Notes: generated by a model from the sequence alone, not told the origin. Shown: positions 29,203 to 39,442, numbered from the stretch's first letter. The stretch is DNA of 64,000 nucleotides from Polyangiales bacterium (GCA_045106895.1 JBGCFM010000039.1:1-64000); one strand, 5' to 3'. Numbers and translations are program-made.

Positions 29203-29963
29203 GCGCTCAGGGCATCCAAGAAAGGGTCATCGAGGCCCGCTGCGCTCCGACGCTCGCGATGGAGCGGGACACCACGCATCACCATCGGGGAGAGTGGCGG
29301 CGGAAGCTCTTCGAGCCACGCGTCGAAGGAGAGCCCGCCTTTGAGCTCACGAAACCATCGTACGGCAAAGCGCACGTGGGCGATTTCTTCGAGGCCGACC
29401 TGGTCTTGAATGTCCGCGCCACGTTCGTCCCCGGCGAGGCGAAATGCGGCGGCGAACTTCGCCGAGTGCTCCAGGTTCCCGGCTTCAAAGCCCATCCCCA
29501 TGCACGCGACAAATTGGAGCGGCGTCTTGCAGGCAGGGACCCGGTCCCAGAACCAATCGCGAATCGGGAACTCCCCAAGCTTGTGACCCAGCGACTCGAT
29601 GTGCTCCGCGTAGAGCCGGCAGTGGCGAATCTCGTCGAGGGCGATGCGGAGGAGCCCTCGGCGAAACTCCGCAGGGGCGCCCGGAAAGCGTAGAAGTGCC
29701 CAGCACATGAGCTCAGCGGCCTGAAGCTCGTGGTGAAAGAAACTATGGAGCAACTTCGCGCGCTTGAGCGGCGTGTCGAAGCTCCGAGGACGTTTCGGCG
29801 ATTTCTTTCCCTGAACCCAGTCTGCGGGACGCCCCGGCTTGGGAGGAGGAGCCTCCTGGTGACCGGACCATTCGTCCGGCGGAGTGGGGGGCGCCAGCTT
29901 CCACGCGAGGGAATCGCTGAGGATGTAGGCACGGGCCCATTCTTCAACACTCGCAGTACCCAT
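29187..29963 (-). CDS. DUF455-family ferritin-like diiron protein
   Basis: LHSFFHHELQA.ELM, DEIRH, FEAGNLE, EEIAHVRFA..WF. Confidence 0.85.
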   Translation of the reverse strand: MGTASVEEWARAYILSDSLAWKLAPPTPPDEWSGHQEAPPPKPGRPADWVQGKKSPKRPRSFDTPLKRAKLLHSFFHHELQAAELMCWALLRFPGAPAEFRRGLLRIALDEIRHCRLYAEHIESLGHKLGEFPIRDWFWDRVPACKTPLQFVACMGMGFEAGNLEHSAKFAAAFRLAGDERGADIQDQVGLEEIAHVRFAVRWFRELKGGLSFDAWLEELPPPLSPMVMRGVPLHRERRSAAGLDDPFLDALSAWMPT

Positions 29964-30017
29964 GGGCGGCATTGTGACGAAGCCTCGCCACACTGCAACG
30001 CTGCGCTATGGTGGCCC

Positions 30018-30692
30018 ATGCGGATCCCGCTCGCTCACTTGCTCGTAAAAAGCCCGCTGCCTCGCATCAGCGAGCTGATGACGCAGGTGATCGCGTGCGC
30101 CGACAAGGTCCCAGAGCTCACCGCGGCACTCCTTGAAGGCGACCAGGCCGGCGTCGACCGCTTGGCCAAAGAGACCTCGATTCTCGAAGGAGAAGCCGAC
30201 GATCTCAAGAACGTCGTTCGAAGTGAGATGCCCACGCGCCTGCTTCTCCCCGTCGACCGCCGAGATGTCCTGCGTCTCCTCAGCGAAGTCGACGCCATCG
30301 CCGACTGCGCGGAGGACGTGGGCGTGTTGCTCACGCTCCGCCCACTCGACGTACCCGTTCAGATGCGAAGCGTGCTTCCCCAATACGTGGAGAGCGTGAT
30401 GGAGGCGGTCCGCGCCGCAGAGACGCTCGTCGGCACGCTGAGCGCGCTTGTGAAATCTGGTTTCCGTGGAGAAGCCGGCAAGCGGGCACTCACGCTCATC
30501 GACGCTGTCGCGGAGCGCGAGCACGAAGCCGACAAAATGCAGGACCAATGCGCGAAGGCGCTCTTCTCCGCGGAAGAGATGATGCCGCCCGTCGCTATCT
30601 TCATGTGGACGAAAGTCCTAAACAAGATCGGAGATATGGCGAACCACTCGGAGAACATCGGCGATCAGTTTCGACTCTTCGTCGCTCGCTAG
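30018..30692 (+). CDS. DUF47/PhoU-like phosphate transport regulator
   Basis: LE.EAD.LK...LPVDRRD..D.IAD..ED and EHEADK...GD.AN.SE repeats; next to pit. Confidence 0.9.
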   Translation: MRIPLAHLLVKSPLPRISELMTQVIACADKVPELTAALLEGDQAGVDRLAKETSILEGEADDLKNVVRSEMPTRLLLPVDRRDVLRLLSEVDAIADCAEDVGVLLTLRPLDVPVQMRSVLPQYVESVMEAVRAAETLVGTLSALVKSGFRGEAGKRALTLIDAVAEREHEADKMQDQCAKALFSAEEMMPPVAIFMWTKVLNKIGDMANHSENIGDQFRLFVAR

Positions 30693-30854
30693 TGTGTGCG
30701 ATTCAGAAAGGTAGACGGGAGATGACGCAGGACTGCAGTCCGAGGGCTAGGCGCGATGACGAAGGAATGTCCCCGACATTTCGAGGAAGAGCAACGCAGC
30801 CATTGGGCTGCAGGACCAGTCAGGTCCCCTCTGCCTTTCTGAATCGCGCACTAG
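30689..30854. mobile_element. MITE/REP-like element between DUF47 and pit
   Basis: CTAG ends; left GTGTGCGATTCAGAAAGGTAGACGGGA vs reverse complement of right GTGCGCGATTCAGAAAGGCAGAGGGGA; nested internal stems. Confidence 0.7.
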
Positions 30855-30868
30855 CCCACTAAGCCGCC

Positions 30869-32095
30869 GTGGATTCTTTTACCCTCGTCTTGGCCCTCAC
30901 CGCTGTCGCCGGCCTGTACATGGCCTGGAGTATCGGCGCGAACGATGTCGCCAACGCCATGGGCACCTCCGTTGGTTCAGGAGCGCTCTCCCTTCGCACG
31001 GTGCTTGTTCTGGCTGCGATCTTCGAGCTGAGCGGTGCGCTCTTCGCCGGCGGCCGAGTCTCCGAGACCATCGCCGACAATATCGTCGACTTCAGCGCCC
31101 TTCAGCTCGACCCGCTCCTAATGGCCGGCGGCATGGCGTGTTCACTCATCGCGGCGGCGGGCTGGATACACGCGGCATCAGCCATGGGTTTTCCGGTGTC
31201 GACGACGCACAGCATCGTCGGCGCTGTCCTCGGTTTTGGGTTTGTCGTCGGCGGCTCGGGAGCGGTTCAGTGGGGGGTCCTCGGCGCGGTGGGCGTAAGC
31301 TGGTTGGTGTCCCCCATCCTTGGAGGCGTCGGCGCGTTCCTTATTCTGCGTGGGCTGCAGCGCTGGGTCTTCGAAGGCGCCGATTCAATACGAAACGCGC
31401 GGCGCGCCGTTCCGGCGATCACCTTCTTCATCGTCACGCTCCTTGGCACCGCGCTCCTCACGGACGAGCAGTCAATTTTACGCGCGGCGATGCCTCTGAC
31501 TGAGGCCCTTCTCGTATCGGGGACTGTCGCGCTGATGCTCTCCGGCGCCATCGCCGTAGCAGCACGCCGAGTGGTGAAGGACAAGACCTCAACGCCGGAG
31601 CGGCTCTTCGGGCTGCTTCAAATCGTCACCGCGTGTTTCATCGCCTTTGCGCATGGAAGCAACGACGTCGCCAACGCCGTGGGCCCAGTCGCGGCGGCGT
31701 TTCGCGCGGTACAAGGTTTCGGGAGCGAAGGGGGAGCGATCCCGACGAACGTCCTGATGATCGGCGCGTGCGGTATCGTCCTCGGGCTCTCCACCTACGG
31801 TTTTCGTGTCATGGCAACCATCGGCAAGAAGATCACTGAGCTGACCCCCTCACTTGGGTTTGCGGCGGAGCTTTCCGCGGCCATCGTTCTCGTCGCCGCC
31901 TCGCGCTTGGCGCTGCCTGTGAGCACCACGCACGTGGTCGTCGGCGCCGTCGTCGGAGCGGGACTCAACCGCAGCCTCGGCGCACTCAACATGCGGGTGC
32001 TCCAGGGCATCGCCGCAAGCTGGATCGTCAGCGTCCCCGCGGCGGGCGTCTTCTGCGCCCTGCTCACGCTCATTTTTCAGTGGGTGATCGCTTAG
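30869..32095 (+). CDS. pit: PiT-family inorganic phosphate transporter
   Basis: GANDVANAMGT, PVSTTHSIVG, AHGSNDVANA, PVSTTH. Confidence 0.95.
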   Translation: MDSFTLVLALTAVAGLYMAWSIGANDVANAMGTSVGSGALSLRTVLVLAAIFELSGALFAGGRVSETIADNIVDFSALQLDPLLMAGGMACSLIAAAGWIHAASAMGFPVSTTHSIVGAVLGFGFVVGGSGAVQWGVLGAVGVSWLVSPILGGVGAFLILRGLQRWVFEGADSIRNARRAVPAITFFIVTLLGTALLTDEQSILRAAMPLTEALLVSGTVALMLSGAIAVAARRVVKDKTSTPERLFGLLQIVTACFIAFAHGSNDVANAVGPVAAAFRAVQGFGSEGGAIPTNVLMIGACGIVLGLSTYGFRVMATIGKKITELTPSLGFAAELSAAIVLVAASRLALPVSTTHVVVGAVVGAGLNRSLGALNMRVLQGIAASWIVSVPAAGVFCALLTLIFQWVIA

Positions 32096-32101
32096 CCCAC
32101 G

Positions 32102-35100
32102 TCAGGCTTGGAGCGGCCAGCTTAGAGCGCTCATCCCGGGCGTGAGCGCCTGAATGGCGACGCGAAGCTCCTTCATCGTGACACGGTCGTCGCTGTTGCG
32201 GCGAATAGCACGACGGACCATCTCCGCGGCACCGCGGGTCCTGGGGTCTTGGCTCATCGTGCCTATGCGAGCCGGTAGACCATCATGGGTCAGGTGCGCC
32301 GTGATGGTGGCGAGGTCGTTGGACTCCTCAAAGAGAGTGCGACCGGTCAGGAGTTCGTACGCGAGACACCCGAAGGCATAGACGTCGGCCGGTGTCGCGG
32401 AGCCGGTGGTGCCATGGTCATGGCCCCAGACTTCCGGTGCGCCGTAGCTGGCGGTGCCGCAGCCTGGGCGCAGTTGGCGACCCGCCAGACCAAAGTCCAC
32501 AAGCACTGGGGCATCCGGAGCAGCGGGGCCCGCGAGTCCATCCGAATCGCGAGCGATCACGTTGGAGGGCTTGAGGTCCAGGTGCGCGACGCCGACGGAA
32601 TGCATCGCCTCAAGCCCCGACGCGATTCCCAGAAGCAAGTCCATGACCCGCGGCATATCCAAGTCACGGGACTCGATGACGCGCTCCAAGTTGGGTCCTT
32701 CAACGAGCTCCATCACGAGGAGCGGCTTCGGCCGCGCGCCCGCATCGAAGGTGACGAAGCCGGCCAAGTTCTCGTGCGAAGGCAACGCCAAGAGCGCACC
32801 CGCTTCTTGCCGAAAGAGGTTGAGGAACTCCTCCTCCGACAACGTTCGCGCTGCGGCTCCTGAGTAGTCTGGGACTTTCAGCGCAAACTGCTCCGCGCTG
32901 GCGTCGTGGCGAGCATCGCTTCGCCGAGCGACGAAGACGGAGCCGACGGCTCCGGCGCCAATGGGCCGTGCCAAGTAGAACCCGCCGATGACGCGGCTCG
33001 GCGGAACCCAAGCGGGAAGGGAAATCTCCTTCTTGGTGGCCACCGGCAAGAACGACGCGCGTCCTTGCCGGGGCGCATCCGCGGGCAAGGTCGTCAAGAC
33101 CTCCATCGAAGTGATGATGGCGCGCACGAGGGCCGAGGGGAGCTCCGCTTCGAAGGTCTCCGCCGCCGCCTCGATGGACTGCGCGAGCCCTTCGGTGTTT
33201 CCACGGATGGCGCGCTCAAGATGGATGTCGACGAAGCGCACCGCGTGGCCGGACTCGGGGCGCTGGATGGTGCCCGACGCGAGACGCCGAGCTGCGCCTG
33301 CGGAGAGCTGCGCCAAGGTCTGAACCGCACGCTCCAGCGCAGCCAGTGGCATCTCTCCTCCGGAACGTTCCGCCAGTTCACGAAGGGAGGCCGACGCGAC
33401 GAGCGGTTCGAGGCTGTACATCAAGTCGAGGAGGGCACTTCGAAGCGCCTCCACCCGAGGTGAAGTCGCGATGGGAAGCTCATGTGCCAGCCGCGAGAGG
33501 TCGTTGAGGCTCGCCCGCGCCGCGCGCCCCGTTGAGCCCTCGCGCGCCGCGATGGTGCGCTCGAGACGAGCGTACGCGCGCAACGCCGTGTCCAGGTCCG
33601 GCACCATGGACGCTTCCGCCATGGTTCGTTGGTCGTGGTGCGTTTGGGTAAGACGGCCAGCGACGAGCAGGATATCGCTCACCTCGCAGGTCTCCTCGCG
33701 GACGAGCGCGTCGCAGGCTCGCGCCGCCGCCGCGCATAGAGCACGCCGAAGTGACTTCGCTTTGTCGTCGCGGACGCGGGCAAGCAATACCTGAGCGGTG
33801 AGCAAACGGCGCTGACGGACCATCTCGTGGCGGTCATCCACGCGCCGGCCATCGGCATCGACGAGGCGCAGGAACGTACGAAGGCGTCGAAGGCGATGCA
33901 CAAAATGCGGCGCGTCTTCGTGCTGGTTCGCATAACCCTCATGGATGACGAGCCAGTTCGTGAGTCGCTGAAAGAGGTCACCGAGGGGGCGTACGCTCTC
34001 GTCGGCGGTCTCCGCCTGAGACGAGAGGCTCAAAAGGTTGGCCAAAGAGTCCGACGCCAACAGAGCGCGGTCGATGGTTCGAATCGCCCGAAACGCCCAG
34101 CGCCGACCGCCGCTGTCTTCATCCGACGTGTGCTCCTCAAGTTCGTCGACGAGACGATGTGCGACGTCTAGCGCATGCATCGCCGCACCGCGTGCCGCGA
34201 CGGGCCCCTCCGTATGAAAGAGCTCCACGCCGCGATCGATGAGCGGGATCAAGGCGCCTGGAGGCTCCCCTTCGAGCTCAGCGACGACGCTTCGAAGCAG
34301 TGAAAAGGCGCCGTCGTCGAAGATCGCTTCGTTGTTGAGTCGCTGCTTTAGGTGCGCCACAGCGGACTTCGCGGCCCACTCGCCGAACTCCGGCGCGACA
34401 CGCTCACGTCGAAGCTCCACAAGCGCCTCGGCGGCGGAAAGGTCTCCAGCACGGACAAGCAAATCCGCGAACTCCGTGGCCAGCTCGGGTTCTACTTCGG
34501 CTACGCGAGGAAGCGCCATCAGCATCGCGGCTGCAACACCGGGATCCTTCTTCATGATCGTGCTGCCGAGCAGCTCCCGGGAGCGTTCGATGGCCTCCGG
34601 GCGCACAGCGATGCTCGCGACGGTGCTCGCCGCGGCGCGACGCCACTCCGTCACGCCCAGCCCTTCCCCAAGGTGGCGCTCGATCTCCTCGGCGAGATCC
34701 GGGCGCGCGACGGAGAGAAGCCCACGCGCGGACGCTACGTGACGCCAGACAAGGGACTCTCGATCCGCGAGAAGCCGCGCCCACGCGTCGCGGATGTCCG
34801 CAGTGTCAAAGATCCGTACGCCGCTGTCGTCGCCTTCGCTTGCGCGCTGCGCTGCCTCACGCGCGGCCCGCTCGAGCAGCCGCGCCGCCAAACGTCGCGA
34901 AGGCAGCGAGCCCATCGAAGGGGAACGGAGCCATTCGATACTGGATCCGCGACGCGAGATAAGCGCGAGCGCCAGCGCATCCGCGCGAGAAGAAGAACCG
35001 AGCGGCAGGTCCAGCGAAAGCGCGACGCGCGCTCTGTTTCCCGCGCCGCCGAGAGCCTTCGACCCGCCGAGTGCAATCTGCGTCGCCATCCCAACAAACG

Positions 35101-35437
35101 TGCGTCCGTCAGCCGTGCGTAGGCTCGCCAACACATGACGGCCGATGGTCCGCTTCTCGCCGCATGCGGGCAACGCCGACGCAAGCTCGTAGAGCGCAGC
35201 CCCCCTCGCCGCGGCGCTGAGGAACGAGAGATGATCGAGGAGACCTGTGTCGATGGCGACCTTGCACGAATCACGGAGCGCAGCGGGGTCTAATCCCTCG
35301 AGCGGCACGTAACGGCGGTGGTCCGAAACTGCCGCCGCGAGCGTCGCCATGCTCTGCCGCCAAACGCTGCCACGCTCCTCTGGGTCAGAGATGCGATGCA
35401 GCTGCACAAGTCCTTCTAGGTAGTTCGCCTCGCCCAC
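32102..35437 (-). CDS. Large protein with helical N-terminal region and C-terminal Ser/Thr kinase
   Basis: IGAGAVGSVF, ALKV, HLDLKPSN, DFG, GTASYGAPE in the last 300 aa or so; start GTG 35437 approximate. Confidence 0.85.
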   Translation of the reverse strand: MGEANYLEGLVQLHRISDPEERGSVWRQSMATLAAAVSDHRRYVPLEGLDPAALRDSCKVAIDTGLLDHLSFLSAAARGAALYELASALPACGEKRTIGRHVLASLRTADGRTFVGMATQIALGGSKALGGAGNRARVALSLDLPLGSSSRADALALALISRRGSSIEWLRSPSMGSLPSRRLAARLLERAAREAAQRASEGDDSGVRIFDTADIRDAWARLLADRESLVWRHVASARGLLSVARPDLAEEIERHLGEGLGVTEWRRAAASTVASIAVRPEAIERSRELLGSTIMKKDPGVAAAMLMALPRVAEVEPELATEFADLLVRAGDLSAAEALVELRRERVAPEFGEWAAKSAVAHLKQRLNNEAIFDDGAFSLLRSVVAELEGEPPGALIPLIDRGVELFHTEGPVAARGAAMHALDVAHRLVDELEEHTSDEDSGGRRWAFRAIRTIDRALLASDSLANLLSLSSQAETADESVRPLGDLFQRLTNWLVIHEGYANQHEDAPHFVHRLRRLRTFLRLVDADGRRVDDRHEMVRQRRLLTAQVLLARVRDDKAKSLRRALCAAAARACDALVREETCEVSDILLVAGRLTQTHHDQRTMAEASMVPDLDTALRAYARLERTIAAREGSTGRAARASLNDLSRLAHELPIATSPRVEALRSALLDLMYSLEPLVASASLRELAERSGGEMPLAALERAVQTLAQLSAGAARRLASGTIQRPESGHAVRFVDIHLERAIRGNTEGLAQSIEAAAETFEAELPSALVRAIITSMEVLTTLPADAPRQGRASFLPVATKKEISLPAWVPPSRVIGGFYLARPIGAGAVGSVFVARRSDARHDASAEQFALKVPDYSGAAARTLSEEEFLNLFRQEAGALLALPSHENLAGFVTFDAGARPKPLLVMELVEGPNLERVIESRDLDMPRVMDLLLGIASGLEAMHSVGVAHLDLKPSNVIARDSDGLAGPAAPDAPVLVDFGLAGRQLRPGCGTASYGAPEVWGHDHGTTGSATPADVYAFGCLAYELLTGRTLFEESNDLATITAHLTHDGLPARIGTMSQDPRTRGAAEMVRRAIRRNSDDRVTMKELRVAIQALTPGMSALSWPLQA

Positions 35438-35520
35438 GCCCGGGAATACTACGGCGGCGGCGGCGATAAGACAGTGTCGAATCCAGATTTTTCGGCGCGG
35501 CGAGGTCTCAAGCGAGCTAT

Positions 35521-36048
35521 GTGCGTTGTGTGGGTAGCAACGAAGGGGGCAGGGACGGGGCTTCAAGAGAGGGACAAGCCCTTGCGCCCGCGAGCGTGGC
35601 GTACTGGAGACTGGCGCAGTTGGTCAACGCTGGGGTCTCCACGCTGACCGCGCTCGGCGCCGCCGGCGCCACGATGTTCTACTCGGATCACTGGTGGGTC
35701 GCGCTTCTGTGCGCAGGGATCGTCTTCACCGCGTCGGCCACCTGGGCCCTCCTCGCGCCGGCGCTGCGATATCGCCGCTTTCGATATTCGCTTCTGGAAA
35801 GCCGTCTGTGGATTCGTTCCGGCGTGTTCTTTCACCGAGAAAAGTCGATCCCACTGGCACGAATTCAACATGTAGATGTGTCGCGAGGGCCCCTCGAGCG
35901 CATGTTTGGCCTCGCAAGGGTGACTGTCTTCACCGCCGGCGGACGACTGGCGACGGCGCAAATCCCTGGGCTTACTCCGGAGCGCGCCGACGCACTGCGT
36001 CTCGCCCTCCTCGGCGCCACGGAGTCCCTGGTGCGGGGCTCCGCGTGA
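35521..36048 (+). CDS. YdbS-like membrane protein (bacterial PH domain)
   Basis: Two TMs, RY..FRY, IP..RIQHVDVSRGPLERMFGLA...TAG, IPGL; start uncertain. Confidence 0.85.
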   Translation: MRCVGSNEGGRDGASREGQALAPASVAYWRLAQLVNAGVSTLTALGAAGATMFYSDHWWVALLCAGIVFTASATWALLAPALRYRRFRYSLLESRLWIRSGVFFHREKSIPLARIQHVDVSRGPLERMFGLARVTVFTAGGRLATAQIPGLTPERADALRLALLGATESLVRGSA

Positions 36049-37553
36049 GACCAAAACGGCTGCATCCGGCTCACATCTTTTTGGCGGCAGCGTCCTACCT
36101 GCGGCGGCTCCTTGTCTTCGTGGGCTTGGTGCTGTTCCAAGTCGGTCGCGACCAATCGACGTCGACGCTCTTGGGCGTCTTTGTTGGCGTATTGTTCATT
36201 ATCCTCGGCGCCGCCTTCGTGGACTGGTGGCGCTTTCGTTTCTCCCTTGAAGGCTCCCACTTCGTGATCACCAGCGGCGTCGTGTCGTTGAAGCGGCGGG
36301 AGATACCGCTGGCCAAGATCCAAGATCTCGCCTTCGAACGAAACGCACTCCATCGTATCCTCGGGCTCGTCTCCGTTTCATTGCAGACTTCGGGAACCGC
36401 TGGGGCCGAGGCCGCGCTGAGCGCCGTGAGCGAGGACGACGCCGAAGAGCTCAAGCGGCTCCTCGTCGGTCCCGGCACGGGAGTCACGGATGGTGTCACG
36501 AAGGATGCGCCTTCGGCCCCCGCCGCTCCCATCATTCGGCTTGGAGTGCGCGACCTCATCCTTCGTGGCCTCACCGACAACCGCGCTGGACTGCTCATCG
36601 CGGGGGCACTCGGCGTATTTCATGAAGCCCTCGAAGCGCAAGCGGACCTCGTCAAAGTCCTCATCATGGGCGCCGCGGCTCGTTTTGATGATGCCGGCGC
36701 GCTCGGCGGGACTACGCTCATCGCCGTCGCTCTGATCATCGTGTGGCTCCTTGGGTACATCGCGTCCTCGGTGTTCAACCTGCTCGTCTTCTACGGCTTC
36801 GAGCTTCGCGAGCGCGACGGAACGTTCCACCGACGCTTTGGGCTGATCACGCTCAAGTCCCACTCACTCCCACGAGGGCGAATCCAAGCGCTAACCATCC
36901 ACCAAACGCTGATGCGACGCCTTCTCGGCGTCGCATCGGTTCAAGTGCGCGACATGGGTGGCGGCCAAGATCAGCAAGAGGCGAAACGCGTTGGCTCCGA
37001 CACCTTCGTCCCAGCCGGCAAACTGAGCGCGCTCCTCGGGGTACGACGCCACGTCTTCCCGGACGCTCCGACGCCGAACTGGCGACGCGTATCGACGCGG
37101 CTTGTGCGCCGAAGCGCCACAGCGGGGGCCCTCCTGACCACACCATTCTTCGTCCTCGCCTACTTCAACGACTCCGCCGCCATGGCGTTCTTGCCCATCG
37201 TTGGCGCGGTCCTCGGCGGCCTCGCTGGATGGCGCCGCTACCATGTCCTCGCGTACGATTTCTCCGCGGACTACTTCGCGCTCCGCGATGGGATCTTTGG
37301 TCGAACTTGGACCGACATCCCGCTACGTCGCATCGAAGCCGTTCGAATCGACCGCTCTCCCCTCGACCGGTGGCACGGTGTCGCAACGCTCCGCGTCGTG
37401 GTGGGAGGCGGAGGCGTCTTTTCAGTGCCCAACGTCGCCCTTAGCTCCGCCGAGCATGTCCGAGACGAGGTGGAGCGAGCGCTTCCGGTCCCGAGAATCA
37501 GGGAATTTGAGCCTTCTGGCGCGCAAGCGCCGACGGAACCTCTCCCGCTCTGA
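36045..37553 (+). CDS. YdbT-like membrane protein (three bacterial PH domains)
   Basis: RLHP start; three IP..(K/R)IQ...R..G.. repeats separated by TM pairs; GTGA overlap with ydbS-like gene. Confidence 0.85.
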   Translation: MRPKRLHPAHIFLAAASYLRRLLVFVGLVLFQVGRDQSTSTLLGVFVGVLFIILGAAFVDWWRFRFSLEGSHFVITSGVVSLKRREIPLAKIQDLAFERNALHRILGLVSVSLQTSGTAGAEAALSAVSEDDAEELKRLLVGPGTGVTDGVTKDAPSAPAAPIIRLGVRDLILRGLTDNRAGLLIAGALGVFHEALEAQADLVKVLIMGAAARFDDAGALGGTTLIAVALIIVWLLGYIASSVFNLLVFYGFELRERDGTFHRRFGLITLKSHSLPRGRIQALTIHQTLMRRLLGVASVQVRDMGGGQDQQEAKRVGSDTFVPAGKLSALLGVRRHVFPDAPTPNWRRVSTRLVRRSATAGALLTTPFFVLAYFNDSAAMAFLPIVGAVLGGLAGWRRYHVLAYDFSADYFALRDGIFGRTWTDIPLRRIEAVRIDRSPLDRWHGVATLRVVVGGGGVFSVPNVALSSAEHVRDEVERALPVPRIREFEPSGAQAPTEPLPL

Positions 37554-37658
37554 GTCTCTCTCGTCAGGAACGCGGCGGGAAAGCTTCTCGATTTTTGAAT
37601 CGCGCACTATGTTCTCCACAGCGCTAAGTGGAGCGCTCAACGATGGAAAGCCAAGTTC

Positions 37659-39281
37659 ATGGATGAAGGCGTCTTTAGAGTTCCCGCACCAGCCAACGAA
37701 CCCGTACGCGCTTACCTCGCCGGGTCTGAAGATCGCGCTCGCCTCGACGAAGCGCTCAAGAACATCGCGGGGGAACGCTTAGACATCGGTGCCGTTATCA
37801 ACGGTAAGGAGGTGCGCGGCGGCACGACGGAAGACGTCGTCATGCCCCACGACCACCAGCATGTGCTCGGCCAAGTCCACAACACGAGCGCCGAGGACGT
37901 GGACGCCGCGATCCAAGGAGCCCTCGCCGCCGCTCCCGCGTGGCAGGCCCTCACTTTTGAAGAACGCGCCGCCATCTTTCTTCGCGCCGCGACGCTCCTC
38001 GAAGGGCCGTGGCGGATGCGAATCAACGCGGCCTGTATGCACGGGCAGTCGAAGACTTGTTACCAGGCAGAGATCGATGCGGCCTGTGAGCTCATCGACT
38101 TCTTTCGCTTCAACGCGTCGTTTGCCCAGCAGATTCACGAGCACCAGCCGCGTTCCTCCGTCGGCGTTTGGAACCGTAGCGAGTACCGCCCCCTCGAGGG
38201 CTTTGTCTTCGCGGTCTCTCCCTTCAACTTCTTGAGCATTGCGGTGAATCTCCCCGCTGCGCCGGCCTTGATGGGGAACGTGGTCCTCTGGAAGCCGTCG
38301 ACCACTTCGATGGTCGGCGCATGGCACTGTCTTCAGCTTCTCAAGGCAGCCGGACTCCCGGACGGCGTCATCCAGCTGGTCCCCGGTGACGGGAAGACCC
38401 AGGGCGATGCCGCGTTGGCGAGCCCTCACCTCGCGGCGATCCACTTCACAGGCAGCACCGGCACGTTCAAAGCGCTCTGGCGGGGTGTTGCGGAGCGCCT
38501 GGACCAGTACCGGAGCTTTCCACGACTTGTGGGCGAGACGGGCGGCAAAGACTTCATCCTCTACCACTCCAGCGCTGAGCTCGACTCGGCGGCGACGGCC
38601 ATCGTGCGTGGTGCGTTTGAATACCAGGGCCAAAAATGCAGCGCCGCATCGCGCCTCTACGTGCCAAAGTCGCTCTACCCGCAGCTTGAAGAACGAGTTC
38701 TCGACATGCTTCAAGGCGTCAAAGTTGGCGACCCCCGGGACTATTCGAACTTCATGAGCGCCGTCATCGACCGCCGCTCTTTCGACAAGATCACAGGCTA
38801 CCAGGCGTTGGCCAAAGACACCGCCAACGTTCGCTTCGGCGGGACGTCCGACGACTCCAAGGGGTTCTTCATCGACCCGACTTTCGTTCGCGTCGACGAC
38901 CCGCGTCACCGCCTTATGGAGGAGGAGATCTTCGGCCCCGTCGTCACCGCCTTCGTCTACGACGACGACAAGTGGGACGAGGTTCTCCAGACCATCGACA
39001 CGACCTCTCCTTACGCGCTCACCGGCGCTGTATTCTCTCAAGACCGCTACGCGGTGCAGCAAGCGAGTCGCGCCCTTCGGAACGCCGCCGGCAACTTCTA
39101 TATCAACGACAAGCCCACCGGCGCCGTCGTCGGTCAGCAGCCCTTCGGCGGCGGACGCAAGAGCGGCACCAACGATAAGGCGGGCGCGATGTGGAACCTC
39201 CTGCGCTGGACCTCACCGAGGTCCATCAAAGAGACCCAGGTTCCTGCCGTCGACTGGCGCTACGGGTTCTTGGACTCGTGA
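37659..39281 (+). CDS. pruA: Delta-1-pyrroline-5-carboxylate (L-glutamate gamma-semialdehyde) dehydrogenase
   Basis: NEPV..Y, QAEIDAACELIDF.RFN, FTGST, GETGGKDF, EYQGQKCSA, NDKPTGAVVGQQPFGG. Confidence 0.95.
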   Translation: MDEGVFRVPAPANEPVRAYLAGSEDRARLDEALKNIAGERLDIGAVINGKEVRGGTTEDVVMPHDHQHVLGQVHNTSAEDVDAAIQGALAAAPAWQALTFEERAAIFLRAATLLEGPWRMRINAACMHGQSKTCYQAEIDAACELIDFFRFNASFAQQIHEHQPRSSVGVWNRSEYRPLEGFVFAVSPFNFLSIAVNLPAAPALMGNVVLWKPSTTSMVGAWHCLQLLKAAGLPDGVIQLVPGDGKTQGDAALASPHLAAIHFTGSTGTFKALWRGVAERLDQYRSFPRLVGETGGKDFILYHSSAELDSAATAIVRGAFEYQGQKCSAASRLYVPKSLYPQLEERVLDMLQGVKVGDPRDYSNFMSAVIDRRSFDKITGYQALAKDTANVRFGGTSDDSKGFFIDPTFVRVDDPRHRLMEEEIFGPVVTAFVYDDDKWDEVLQTIDTTSPYALTGAVFSQDRYAVQQASRALRNAAGNFYINDKPTGAVVGQQPFGGGRKSGTNDKAGAMWNLLRWTSPRSIKETQVPAVDWRYGFLDS

Positions 39282-39442
39282 GCGACGAACGGAAAGAAAT
39301 CGCTGGAGATGGCGAAGAGCGAGTGAAGGGCCGTCAGAAAGACGGCGCCCCGCCCGCGCGCGAACTCTGGCGGGTGATTCTCGTGGGCGTCCCGGTCATG
39401 ATCGCCGTTTGGTATTTGATGCGCTGGCTCGGCTTGCGCTAA
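39278..39442 (+). CDS. Small single-TM protein (54 aa)
   Basis: GTGA overlap with pruA stop; charged N-terminus then LWRVILVGVPVMIAVWYLM. Confidence 0.55.
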   Translation: MSDERKEIAGDGEERVKGRQKDGAPPARELWRVILVGVPVMIAVWYLMRWLGLR

